Part shown: positions 52,051 through 64,000 of the stretch, piece by piece
How the letters are laid out: each line of letters begins with the position of its first letter
Position numbering within the stretch: position 1 is the first letter of the stretch
Origin: Dicyema japonicum
Lineage: Eukaryota > Animalia > Dicyemida
Direction of reading: 5' to 3'
NCBI GenBank assembly: GCA_011109175.1
Contig: RDEW01000055.1
Coordinates: forward strand, 219,448 to 283,447
Length of the DNA stretch: 64,000 bases
Made by a program: the position numbers and the translations under genes
Notes under the pieces: model-generated
The model's input: only the letters and a program-made list of their open reading frames with translations
Databases searched by the model: none
Told to the model about the DNA's origin: nothing

Positions 52051-52269
52051 AATGCATCCAGAAGCACTGGATATTTCCAAGAGGAACTCTGAAGACGATC
52101 CTCAGATATAATTAGAACACAAGTCCAAAGAAAGTGTACTCGATTCGATTCACAGAGGACAATTTGGTGTCTCTTAAGACTGAAGTGGTCATGAAGAATG
52201 TTATATATAAATACTCCACGTGACTTTTAAGTATGTTAGTCATGGTGTTGTATTGGATCTGATTGGTTA

Positions 52270-53110
52270 TATTTCAGGATGGACCCAATCACTCAACATA
52301 CGCTTCATGGTAGACTATTTCGTGCCTTATGAGGAAAGATTCGGTGGATGTCACACACGACGCTTTCTGAAATTCTTATTATAATCTGAGGCCCTAGTGG
52401 GAGCACTGAGGGACTCGGAGACCTTGGTGATCTGAAAAGTCTGCTTTCAAATAGAGGAGTAAGTAGGGAATAGTGAAGAGAATCATCAAAGCGAAAGTGA
52501 AGACCGTTATACTATACTTATATTCTACGGGGACGATCTCACTGATGCCGATAGGGATAGTTCCCCCTCATTAGCTACCAGTGACACCCTAATCGGGTGT
52601 AGACTGGTTATCCACCTGCATCCTAATCTTAGTTCACCCAAATATGAAATTCCTCAACGATATCCACATCCTATTTACGAGATTTCACCATTAATGACGT
52701 TTCTTCACCATGTTGCGGAAGTAATGACAAAGGGTATTCGAAAGTAGAATGTTTTGAAGACTATTTGACAAAACAACCCCCTCCCTCCTGTGACCTCCAG
52801 ATTTTATTATAGATCATTGCTCGAATACGTTTGCTTCCCCGCAGAACATATGGACTCATCCCAGCAAAAAATCATGTGTTTTTTTCCCATGAAAGAGAAT
52901 CAATTGATACTCTCCTTTCAAAGAAGTTGTCCAAAAAAATCGCAGGGTTTCCTGCGATTTTGCACAAAGTAGGAAAACCACGAGAAAAAGTTAACTATGT
53001 GGAGGAATCCCGATTATTTTCGTACAAGGACATCCCGATCGAGTTATTCTCCTGAAATTCAAAAAGTCACTTCCGAAGACAGTGGGATCGCTGGCAGACT
53101 ACGCGAGGAG
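52270..53110 (+). CDS. Possible unidentified spliced gene
   Basis: GC-richer, codon-like stretches, e.g. ~95 stop-free codons at 52460-52745 and ORF 52831-53055. No family recognised. Confidence 0.25.
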
Positions 53111-53784
53111 AGACAGGACTTTTTCTTCTTTGATCTTAGGGTTTCTTTAATAAACATAAGAGTCATCGATCTGCCACTTCTCCATTTTCATAACCAAAAT
53201 GAGATGTCTGGTGGTCGAATGTTTACTTGAACTCCCATTCCGGAATATTTACTTCATATCTATTGTCAACAAACATCCTTTTATCCTCATGTTCGCAAAT
53301 AAATTCCAGATAAGTTATAATATTTGGAAATCATCCAACGTTAAGACACCAGGACTTTGACCGATGCCCCGCACATTGGCTCATCCAATAAGTCTGTTAG
53401 TTCACTAACCAGAAATTCAGTGGATCAGTCGGCATCAATACTTTCATCTTCATAACATCAGAAAAAACGAATGAAGTGACATTTTTAAGACAATTTTCTG
53501 ACATTCTCAGATAGATCCAATTGTAGTTGATAACAAGGAATCCAGCGAGTATGGTCGAGCATAGTATACGTATTCTCTGTTTTTAGGACTCACAAGACTC
53601 CATCCATTTTATGAATATGTTATGTTTTTAAATTTAAAGGGACAAATATACGACGATATGCACGTATCCAACAATTGGATTTTTAATATAGCATGCACCT
53701 TAAATTGAATATTTTATAATCAGAACTTATGGGTCCCCCAAAAAGGTAGTCAACCCGAATAAAAAATAAACAAATAATAAACAA

Positions 53785-55085
53785 TCAATTTACAATATCA
53801 TTTGCCAGTCTGGCAGTATTAGGCAACATTACCGACTCTGTGGATGACTCATCAGAACAGTCATACTAACACTCACTCACAAACAATACTATTTTAACAC
53901 CAGCTCGAGTTTCAATGAGTTGTATTCTTTCAAGTGCAAGTGTATACTTTGCTTTTATCTAATATAAGTCAACCCTGTCATACTTTAACAAGGCTATCAT
54001 TCGACTTGTTCAATTCTGTCTTCAGTAATGTACACTTTGTGCTAAGATTATTCCAAAGTAAACCATTCAAAGTCAGTTTGACACTCCACGTGGTGCCTAT
54101 TCCCTGATGGGGGACAACCATTGGAATCTGATTGAAGGTGAAAACGGGCAGTAATCTCCTCCTTCTCGAATAAGAGACTCTCCAGTTGATTCTGCAAATC
54201 CTCAACTTGGTCTCTATGGGTCTCCCTCCGAATGGACTCATTCATCTCTAATGTGGTACTCTCCACGGCCGTGTGCTTAGCAAGCTCACTCTACCATAAA
54301 CCAAAAGACTACAAAGTCCGTAAACAGCCTCTGAGTAGTCTCCACAGAGTAGGCAGGAACCAGTACCCCATTGGGCCAGTCACAGGTGAAATACCTCCAA
54401 ATAACAGCACACGTAACCTAATCCCACAAACGGAACCATCATTGACTCCTCCCCCATCCTCCAACTCGACTCCACACCACACACCCTCCGCAAAGTTCAC
54501 TCGTCCAAAGTATCTAACAAATCCATGCTTCCCTTCATGTGTCCTCACATACTCCCCAAACTGATAATTAAATACAAACAACATGAACGTTTGAGGACAT
54601 GTTTGGAAAAAAAGAACCGCCAAAAGTTGGTTTTCCTTCAAGTCTCTTCGCCTTTACAAAAATCCCATGTTTGTCTTTGCAATAAAAGTAAGAGATTCCG
54701 TCAACACAGCCATTATGCCGTCCCTCTCGAAAATCCAGCTCGAGTCCATACCACATACCCTTAGCGAACGAAGCTTTTCCGATGTAGCAGATGGTCCCTG
54801 CTTTTCCGTCAATGAGTTTCACATGGTCCCCAAGGGAATAAACAGGTTCTAAAATAATTTACAAAGCAAACCTAAAGAAATGCGGTCAAAACGGACGAAA
54901 ATTCCATAGCCAGGAGGACAAATGAAATATCTTATTCCTTGGACTGAACCATCGTTGAGTCCCTTCTTGTCATCTAATTCAATCCCATACCAAAGACCGC
55001 TCGCAAATTTGGTATAGTTTATGAATCTGACGACACCCTTCCACTGGTTGTCGATTTTGATTTTGTCGCCGGTCGCAAGTACCAT
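53785..55085 (-). CDS. Protein with three tandem CAP-Gly domains and a short coiled coil (CLIP-like)
   Basis: GLWYGIELDDKKGLNDGSVQGIRYF, GMWYGLELDFREGRHNGCVDGISYF, GVWCGVELEDGGGVNDGSVCGI|RYF. Introns 19/22-25 nt. Then RDQVEDLQNQLESLLFEKEEI. 3' end approximate. Confidence 0.85.
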
Positions 55086-55639
55086 AAAAGATAGAATTTC
55101 AAATTTTTTTATTTATTATTTAAATAGAGTTTTTTTTAATTTTATATTATATTTAATAAATTCCTGTTTCAACAAAAAAATCATTTTAATTGTCAAAAAT
55201 AAATAATAAATTATTTAATAAAAATTTGAGTTTGTCTATCAATTTCTGTCAGACTAGTGAAGTCTTAATCACATATGAAGCTATTTAACCGTTATATCAT
55301 TAATGCCAGCGGGTTAAACAATATTTCCAAACAAGTAATCGCCAGTGACACTATTGGATGCTTTAAAGAGACGAAAGTCAAGCGTGACTAGATGAGTTGC
55401 ATAATGATTACTAATCATTCTCATGCCGTCATAATCTCGCCACTATTGGGATTCAACCTACAAATGTTATTTTGTGAACCACCGGGTGATAGTCTCGTAG
55501 AAACTTAATATATTTTACACTTTGTTTTTATGATATAATAATATTTATTGCAGATTGTAACCATTCCTAAATTGTCAGAAATGACAGAAATGATTCATGA
55601 TGATCTCTAAAGTAGACATTGTCCAATTTCGTAACGTCT

Positions 55640-56854
55640 CTATGGAGACAGTCTGAATTATATAGACATATCACCAATATTTAGTACTCAACTTAATCCT
55701 TTGTCTTGTTCACTTGATCCTCTTTGATCTCCCTAAAAAACCACGTAGGTTAGTGGTTATGATGTCACTAACGGTGGATGGTTTCCATTCGCTACCTGTT
55801 TCTATGGTGATTTCTCTTTCTTCTACTAAAGTGACGTCAGGTGATCCACTAGTCAGGTGAGGGCCGGTACTTGGATCATTTGCTCTCCCTCACTCCACAT
55901 GAGGAGTTTCCAAAATGTAAGGACTGGATTCTTTCTTCCATTTTCACTGTTTCTGGATGTACTTGACGTTAGAAGGTTCTCTTATCGTGGGCACTGGATA
56001 CATCTCTTTATCGGGGGTTAGAAATAACTACTCCAGACTAACTACCACTTCTGACTAGTTGGGTGACAATAAATAAAAATTCAATTAAAATGTTTATAAA
56101 TCAGTTTAAGATCTGATAATGGCTTTCGAGACAACTTTGGCCTGAACTTGCCCACTGTCACGTGGGGGTCAGCCAATTCTCGAAACTGAAAGTCCTCACT
56201 GAAGAGATCCATCAGTTCAGGCTCTGGAAAACTTTCTTGACTCTACCAATCAACCAATCGTGTAACCAAAGTGGGGAGTTTGGTAGGAGTCCGAGGTTCA
56301 GCCATGTTGAGAACATCCATAGAAGAGACGTCGACTTTTGTAAGGTTGGAGTAACGAGGACCTTTCGGATTGAGAAAGGAAGAAGCCTTGAATTACATAA
56401 ACAGTACTTTCTGATCAATAAGCTGTTCGAGAGATCTGGTCAGGGCAAAATGTGGAGAATCGTGTTCCACCCTTTCTATCTGGTCCTTTATGAGGATGGA
56501 GAGGCCGTGAGGTTGGGGGTCTCGAATGAGAGTGACGCCTTCGTCGATAGCAATTCCACTGGAATAGGTTACTTCAGAACTGGTTTTGAAATTACTGGAA
56601 GAGTCTTCAGTCACGTGAGTTATGTCAGACGTTTGGGAGAGGTTAGTCGAACTGTATTTTAAGAGAGGGATTTGTTTTTGAGGGGAAGGAATACTATTTA
56701 TTGGAACTCCTTCGGAAAACGTTCTGAATGAAAAGTCAGTTTCTGAATTGTTGGGAAAATATTCCTCATCGGAGTCGGAGTCAGTAATGATGGATAGCTC
56801 AAGGCGGTGGGGAATTGGTGATGATATATTTGGAGACGCCTCGTCATCAGACAT
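55640..56854 (-). CDS. Unidentified Ser/acidic-rich protein (spliced)
   Basis: 153-codon first exon (56854-~56410). Plausible 21-nt (GTACTGTTTATGTAATTCAAG) and 24-nt introns keep the frame to ~56080. Further coding-like sequence to ~55640 with frameshifts. Confidence 0.45.
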
Positions 56855-57044
56855 TTTTTGTGGTAGTCATGGTTACGAGTGTAGGTTTTAAGCTGAAAAG
56901 TGATAATTTTATTTAATCTTTTTTACCAATGATTAATTATATTTTTAATATTATTATTTAAGGAAGTTTAATTTTGGTTTTGGTTTTAATAAATAAATTA
57001 GCAGTAATTATTGATATTAAGTGATGCCGAGAGCCATAATATTA

Positions 57045-57127
57045 GGCATAGTGGTTAGGTGTCGGGCTAAAGTTACGGGTTAGATTCGATATTGCAGGTA
57101 GCGCATAGTTGCAAGTAGCGCTCGCGA
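57045..57127 (+). mobile_element. 83-bp SINE-head-related insertion flanked by a 10-bp direct repeat
   Basis: 28 nt (57046-57073) identical to 44769-44796. CATAATATTA at 57035-57044 and 57128-57137. Confidence 0.55.
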
Positions 57128-57199
57128 CATAATATTATGCGGAAATAAGCTAAATATTGTTATTATTAGTAAATTATTAGATAATTAGTAAGAGAAGTA

Positions 57200-58067
57200 T
57201 CTAATTTAGATCCTAAATTATATATAACTAATAGTACCAGGTTAAACAGAAAGGCCATTGATTAGTAGAAGCGTAATTAAAAACAGATAGTAAATCCAGA
57301 AATTAACATCATTCAATCCATTAGAAGTTGTTCCTTCATCATCGGAAGCACTATTATAAAAGACAAAAATTAAAAATCATTACTTTTTTCAAAACACCAT
57401 TTTTTCTAGTCTATGCGCAGTGTTGATTGTTAATTTTGATACATGTCTAAAAATTATTAAAATTATACGCATTGTCATGAAAAATAGAATTCATTAAACA
57501 ATTTTTATTACAATCACTCTCAGTAAGCCGACGTGGTAAACCCAAGCACGTGGAATAACTCATGAGACATAAGTCTGAAGTCCTTTCATCGTTGTAATTT
57601 TTCTTAACAATTCCCACCGCGGAATTTGAGCAAACAGTTTACGATGACAAAATCCATCAGAACTACCATTCTAAAAATTAGATTTAAAAACTCAAAATAA
57701 AACTGCGTCAACCCCATTAAAATAGTTATATTTCCGTGCGTATAAAATGCCTGTAAGTACTATTGGGTGTAACCTCATTAGTATAATAAATTTTTTTAAA
57801 ATTTATTTTACTTTGATAGTGCCAAAATACTAAAATATAAGTAAGTGCATACTTTTTGAGATAACCTAACAACTTTTCTATGTAATTTTCTAAATTGGAC
57901 TGATTAAAGTCAAATGCTCTTTTCTATAAATAAAAATTTTATGAAACAAAGTTATAGTCAATAACAATGCCGATATCAAATTTTCTTCTTAAGAGTCTGT
58001 TATCTATAATTGTTTCTATAGAATTTACCGACAAAAATACAAAAAATGGATAAAACAGAAAGTTCAT
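57200..58067 (-). CDS. Minimal reprolysin/ADAM-type metalloprotease, copy 3 (inverted; frameshifts)
   Basis: Minus-strand MSHELFHVLGF, then 1-nt deletions before (N/T)HVG..CNKNCLMN. Signal MNFLFYPFFVF. GVDAVL block present. 3' end approximate. Confidence 0.7.
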
Positions 58068-58145
58068 ATTATCAAAATTTCAAAAAAGTCGTTTACAAAT
58101 TCGCTTATTAACTTAATCTTCATCAATTATTTTCATGCATATAAT

Positions 58146-58750
58146 ATGACTTTGGGAAATTTGGTTTCATTAAAATTTTTGATTAATTCTAAAGCTTTAA
58201 TTGTTTTGCAGATGCTTATTATCTGGATACTATTTAAGAGTTTTTGACATTTATTATAAAAAAACATTGTTTATCAAATAAATATCTTAATTATTGATCC
58301 AGATTAATTAGTTTTTTCATGTTTTTGATACATTCCATATTTTTTACTACTCATTCTATTATCTTCTTTTCTATGCACATACAAAGAATTCGCATGATGT
58401 AGTCAAAGGACACAATCTTAAGGTTTTTTGTGCACAGTTGCTTATTTTTATCTGTGCACAGATCTATCTACTTTCACCTGCCTTTATTACTCTCTGTGAA
58501 TATAATAGCCATTAACAAGCAATAACTTAGAATTTACATAGATGAATTATCCCCAACATCTACGTTCTGTTATATCTTTATATAGAGGGTCTATTAATTA
58601 TTATGTTTGCATCTTCAATTTTTAAGTACAAGCAGTGGAGTCTCTGAAACACATTCTCAAAAGTCTATTGTTTACTTAGACAGCGAAGTTTATTCACCAA
58701 AAAATTAATATGAAAATCATTTAACGATTACAAGTCATCTATGTGTAATT
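58146..58750 (+). CDS. Partner gene 'Y' copy 3
   Basis: ATG ACT TTG GGA AAT TTG at 58146. MNYPQHLRSVISLYRGSINYY at ~58542-58605. Frameshifts elsewhere. Confidence 0.5.
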
Positions 58751-58959
58751 CACTTCCTTAAAAAATAATTCTCACCGTCCGTACGGGGAACTTCATCAAT
58801 TTTGTACATTTTTATAATATTTTTCCTGACTCTAATTATTTTAAGTAAATAAATATTAAATTTTTTCAAATTTATTTGATGCAAGGCATTAATTATTCAT
58901 TCAAAATATGAGATTATGATTAATAATTGCACTTTCGAAGAACCAAAAAAGTAATTTAT

Positions 58960-60500
58960 TTAATTAAAGTTCCGGATCTGCCGTATTTCCTTTAGGTTAT
59001 TCTTTCTTCCACAATTTTCTTAACTAACTTCCTCCATGCTCCACGGTTACTGGCAATGATTCTGGGCGTATTTAAATCATCTCCTGTTTTTCAGTTATCG
59101 TCTTACATTGGTCAGGTCCTTGTGTAGAACCTCTGGCAAAGTATTGCGAGGTCTTCCACGGAACGAGGTATTCACTTCTCGGCAGAAATAGTTCTTTTTT
59201 GCTAATTTAGCAGGCGTCATCTTGCTTATCTGAAAAACGCCATCTTGATTCAAGGATATCCAGACACAATGCTCTTGCATTACATATTTTGTATAGATTC
59301 TTGTTTGTAATTTTTTTGGCCAGTTGATGCCAAGCAACATTCGTAGTTGTTTACTTTGAAAGGCATCTAGTTTGTCCATTACCGCTTGTGAGACTCCGCA
59401 GGTTGCTGCGTTGTACATTAGGACCGGTTTCACGGAGGTATTGTATAGTCTTACACGTAGTTGTGTGCTAATTTGTTTACAATGATTCCAGACTACTCTT
59501 ATTTTTCTAAATACCGCGACGGTCAATATTTTCCTGTTAGTGATTTCCTCAGCGTCTCCGAGCAACGATCTCATTTTTTGCAGTATCTCCATTTTTCATC
59601 AGTTCGAGTTAATTCACGGCGTATGGTTGTTGTCTCCGTCTTTCCGTATTGATTTTGATGAATTATTTTTCTAGCACATCTGGCTTCCTTGTCCGTATAT
59701 AGTTTAATGTTTACTCGTAGCTGGAAATATAGTCAATGTCATCTGCATAAATCACTTCAGTTTGAGGTAAGTTGACAATTAATAGTCTGAAGTCTCTGAG
59801 TGCCGCCTCCAGATATGTCACAAAAAGTACCGGTAACAAGGAATCTCCATGCGGTACCCCGAACGTAGTCTCGAATGGGACAGACTCCAAATTTCCAAAA
59901 CGTACACTAAACTGTGTTGTTCCAAGTAATAGACGGATCATTTTGAAATTGTCCTCGTCAACCAAATTCTCAAAGATATCGAATAGTCTACAGACCACAT
60001 CAGCTGTAGATCTCCCTGACTTGAATCCGCTTTGACCGAGAGAGAGAAAGTTCTCAATATCAAATCCAATCCTATTCAACACTATAAGTGAAGTGTCTTG
60101 CGTAAGGTCGTTAATAGTACGATGGGTCTTAAATTCGTTATGGGACCCTTAGCTTTACCCGGTTTTTGTAGTGCAATTAGTGTGTCATTACCCACATCCA
60201 GTGGTGAGTTGTATTTGAATGTTTTGTTGTACTTCTCAGTTAATAGCTCAGAGATCTCGGTCGGTGCATATTTGAGAAGTTCTGCATTAGAAGACATACA
60301 GGGTGATAAAATCCCCCTGAGCTTTATTTTTGCATCCATTAATAGCAATAATTATCTCCTCCATAGTAACCGTTCCACACAAAGGCCCCTCAACAAGCGA
60401 AAATGGCTTCTTCAAATTCTTTTAAAAAGCCATCTATATCCACATGTTTTTCAGTGCCAAATCCGCCGTGGAATTTACGCATTCGAAATCTCTTTTTTTA
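58960..60500 (-). mobile_element. Degenerate RTE-like element (RT region and 3' end)
   Basis: NLRPIVLLTTLRK, QSGFKSGRSTAD, GVPHGDSLLPVLF, YADDID, FRGRPRNTLP. Confidence 0.88.
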
Positions 60501-60515
60501 ATTTCTTTAAAAACC

Positions 60516-61238
60516 CGTAAGAATTTCTAAAATTAGTTAACGAAATTTTTTTACGAAAAATTCTGACTTGCGTAAAATTAGAGAATCGTTCAATAAAACA
60601 CCTTAAATTTTAGAGTAATAGTGTACCTTTTGATTCTATTTAATCCATCAATCGACTAGATTTTTCTCAAGTTCCGGCTATTTTAATTTTTTAAAAATTT
60701 TTATTTTAGGATTTCTGTTTTTGAACTGAAATAAAAGCGATTTTGCATTCTTTAATATTGCATTGACTGTCCTTCTTTAGATTCTCTTTTTGAAAAATAG
60801 AAGAAAATCTGCTACATATAGTCTGATATGAAGCAGATTTATTAATTTCTTTATACCGCAATATTTCCACTTTTCGAGTAATTGAAGATCTAAAGTAGCC
60901 TCCAACAAAGACATTCCGACCCATGCTTAATAATAAAGCCTTTTCACAAGAGCCATAGTATTTTATAGCCCCGCATAGGCAGGACACACACTTTATTTAA
61001 GTAAAGAACAGTTAATTTTAACTAATCGTAGAACCAAGGAATTATCTTCACTTATTTTTTTTCTTTTTCTTGTGTGAATGTCCTTTACTACCCATGCCTG
61101 CTTTAAATTATTTAAATATTCAAAAATATTTTAAAAAATAAAAATAATTTTTAAAAATGTTGGCAAATATCATTGAAATATCATTGCAAATTTTAGAATT
61201 AGCAAATTTAAGAGTGGCATATTTGAGAGAGTTTACTG
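60516..61238 (-). mobile_element. 5' part of a pogo element (same family as 6116-7600) with a nested SINE
   Basis: TIR CAGTAAACTCTCTCAAATATGCCACTC with TA at 61239-40. 60516-60918 is colinear with 6215-6620. Confidence 0.8.
60927..61089 (-). mobile_element. 5'-truncated SINE copy C with 8-bp TSD
   Basis: Reverse complement of 44930-45068. ACCCATGC at 60919-60926 and 61090-61097. Absent from the homologous pogo at ~6215. Confidence 0.8.
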
Positions 61239-62149
61239 TATAAAACTTTTTATTAACAAAAAGAAAAAAGAGTAAACGGTTATATAGCGGATGCCGTAAC
61301 TTCGTGGCTATTTCCTAGTGAGGATGACAAAAGAGATTTGCACAAATAACCAGCGGAGCTCACGACGGTTCTAAAATCCTATCATCGCAGGAGCAAGGGC
61401 ACCAGACGTCTCTACGGCGAGTGGAACTAAAAAACTCTTTGCAGGACCGCATACTTTTCCCGTTTAATCTTCTCAGCTTTCTTATCGGCTGAACAGGCTC
61501 CAGAGGTTCTTTGGAGTGGTTGCAAGAGGAAAACGCCCCGTATAATTTGATATATTTTTGAATTGTTTGAAATATGCTATATTCTGTTAAAAATCAAAAA
61601 TTTTAAATTTATGTAAGGGTTGTCATGACTGCCTCACTGTATTTCACAAATTTTTTTACTTAAAATTTTATTAGTTTCTCTATTATGTGGTGTTCTTAAA
61701 TTGTTACTAAGCGATTTATAAAAACAAACTTTGATGGTATTCAAAAAAAGCACTTGATGGTCAATAATCCAGAGATTTCTTCTCGTGGGGTTTATTGACG
61801 ACTGTGACTGACAGGTCCAACCTTTTTTCCTAATCGATCAATTATAGATTAGTAGTGCTACAAGCGAAGGAAGCAGATGGTAAATGGGAAACTAACAACC
61901 AAACTCCCGTAAAAAGTAAGAAAGTCATATACATCTTTTTCTAATGGATGTTTGACAGTTTAACAAGAAAAAATCATGAGTATAATAAAGGAAAATGATT
62001 GACGGAGATTTCTCCTTTCGAATTTTTTGTCTATCAAATTAAACTATTTAAAACTACCTCCACGCGATTATTCGATAAAATATTAATTATTTCTGCAACT
62101 GGATAATACTGAGACTCAAACTTAGAAGGATTTGTTCCAAAGTCCTTTT

Positions 62150-63100
62150 TAGTCGGAACCTATCTATTAATGTTTTTAATTCATACTTTATCTTCCCATG
62201 TTAAAAAATATATTTACTATTATGAACATTCATTTTCCTTTTCATAGCTTTGTAATAATTCGAATTTTCTTCAATCGATTTAATTTCGAAATTGAATCTC
62301 TTCGCATTCGGACACAAATTATCTGACTGGGAATTAGATATAAATTTTTTAAAGCAAATTACGTGAATTTTCAATAGATTCTGGAGTCGAACAATTAACC
62401 AAATCGTCAATTTGTTCTGGAATCGCACACTCATCACTTAAATTATCTAAGTCATAATGTGATATAAGTATAACCATTAATTATTGAATTTATTCCCTTA
62501 ATTTCTAGATATCTTTCTACTATATATGTCAATGACCGTTAAAATCCATTTGAAATTTTCAATTAATGTTGAAAATTTTTCAGGTCTATTAGATCTACCT
62601 GAAAACGTTCATTTGGGGAAGAAGCAAACACATGGTGATTTATATCTACAATCTACAATTATAAAAAATCACGAACTTTTAAAGGACGCGAAAATTTGCA
62701 GACTTCACAATTTCGAATGACTTTTCTGATAATCTCATTCTTTACAGTGAAGTATCTTTGTCGACATTCATACTCAATTTTATTGACTCCTCCGTGTGAA
62801 AACTCGTGCAACGATTTCGCAACATGCTCCATTTCGGTTTCATTATCCAGGGATATGACTAACTTGTAATCAGTTGATTTAAGATACAGTCTAAAATTAT
62901 TGCAAATTTACAATACCTGTCATTGATAATAGAAAAATTCTCTATCTTCTTTACAAGCCTATATTTTCGGTGCCTCGGAAGATTTTCGGGAAATTTATCA
63001 TGCAAAGCATCTTTTAAAGTTTGATATTCAACGCAATCTTTCACAAAACCATTGTAAGAAGCCATTGCAACAAAATAATCTTTTATGCTATAAATCACGC
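62150..63100 (-). mobile_element. Degenerate DDE integrase, Ginger2/TDD-like (KRBA2/SCAND3-type)
   Basis: Minus-strand LHEFSHGGVNKIE..IIRKVIRNCEVCK (HHCC) and SPNERFQVDLIDL..FKWILTVIDIYSR (rve core). No RT or LTR nearby. Confidence 0.7.
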
Positions 63101-64000
63101 TAGAAATCTAGGTTTACCGCTATAAAAAATAAAATCTTTATAATCATAACATTTATAAATAAAAAACTAATTTAACAGGATTAAATCACGATATAAATCG
63201 GATATATAAAATTAAATGTCGGATAATCCAATGAGGGACTCATCCTCACCTTTGTCGGTCTGGGATCACTTAGTTAGATGAGAACTTTTATTTCTTTCTT
63301 TTTGACCCAGTGATCCGACATTAATAATAATAATGTCGGACAATCAAAAGACCTTTTCAAGGTCGAAAAAATGTAACAGGCTGCCCATGTGACATATATT
63401 ACGAAAGATAATCCGCCTCAAGATATCAATCAAATTACTGATATTCTATATGCTGCACAGTCTGCTTATATGACTTTAACTGCGAAGGTAAACCGCAAAG
63501 TACATGGTTGGAGAACACTGAAAAGAAAATCTCAAAGCTGATGACAGAACTAGAACTTGTCAATCGCTTTTCCAGACAAGCTCTCCATTGTATTTCTGTT
63601 CTTTTTAACTCTGTGATCATGGGTAATAATTTAACCCCACTTGTCACAACTTAGACGAAAAGATCCACGCCTTTTGTATCTCAAAACGCTGATAGTGTAA
63701 ATATTTAATTATATTTCGTTACCTAGGAATACTAATTGGCACAAATAGGGACAATTTGTGTGACCGCAGCAGTTAAAATGAGGAAGCTCTTCCGGCCGAT
63801 GTATATCTAAAAAAGCTACGACTAAAGAAAACACATTCCCTTTTTGTTTTTGAGCGAGTAATCGTCCTTACTCGGATAAACGGTCATTTTAGGTGATTAT
63901 TTGTTTATGGTAGTGGCGTCTCTCTGCACCTTATGTCTAATTCAAGCCTGGACGACTGTAACGTGCTTACTATCTTTAATTTCAACACTAAAAGGCCAAC

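Noticed and set aside
52110-52230. Gypsy integrase zinc-finger-like SVLDSIHRGQFGVS-KT..KNVIY
   Set aside because: Too short and degenerate; the second His and the Cys residues are missing.
54232-54852. Plus-strand ORFs opposite the CAP-Gly gene, and many similar 60-120 aa antisense ORFs over HYDIN and RT regions
   Set aside because: Shadow ORFs of real coding sequence on the other strand; no independent motifs.
63430-63690. Possible piggyBac C-terminal fragment (TKGVDL..RTEIQW)
   Set aside because: Weak resemblance across frames; no TTAA-flanked TIR found.

Overview
AT-rich eukaryotic DNA using the standard genetic code. Spliceosomal introns are extremely short (GT-AG, about 20-28 nt). Together with a motile-cilium gene (HYDIN) and reprolysin proteases, this fits a compact-intron ciliated animal such as a dicyemid mesozoan; the taxon is an inference. 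Recognisable host genes: a ~15.9 kb HYDIN (9759-25638), CDK9 (PITALRE), Derlin-2/3, a triple CAP-Gly protein, and a few unidentified intron-containing genes. The rest is a dense, nested transposon field: non-LTR R4/Dong-like, CRE-like, RTE-like and Ingi/Vingi-like elements (one with a 2A peptide), pogo, hAT/Buster and Ginger-like DNA transposons, and a tRNA-headed SINE family. The most distinctive feature is a repeated head-to-head cassette: a prodomain-less, catalytic-domain-only reprolysin (M12B) gene and an unidentified partner gene, with start codons 78-80 bp apart and a conserved spacer motif. It occurs three times, plus a fourth partial partner copy. Many 1-nt frameshifts in conserved genes suggest residual long-read indel errors, so intact versus pseudogene status is often undecidable. 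All homology calls come from motif recognition; no database searches were run.
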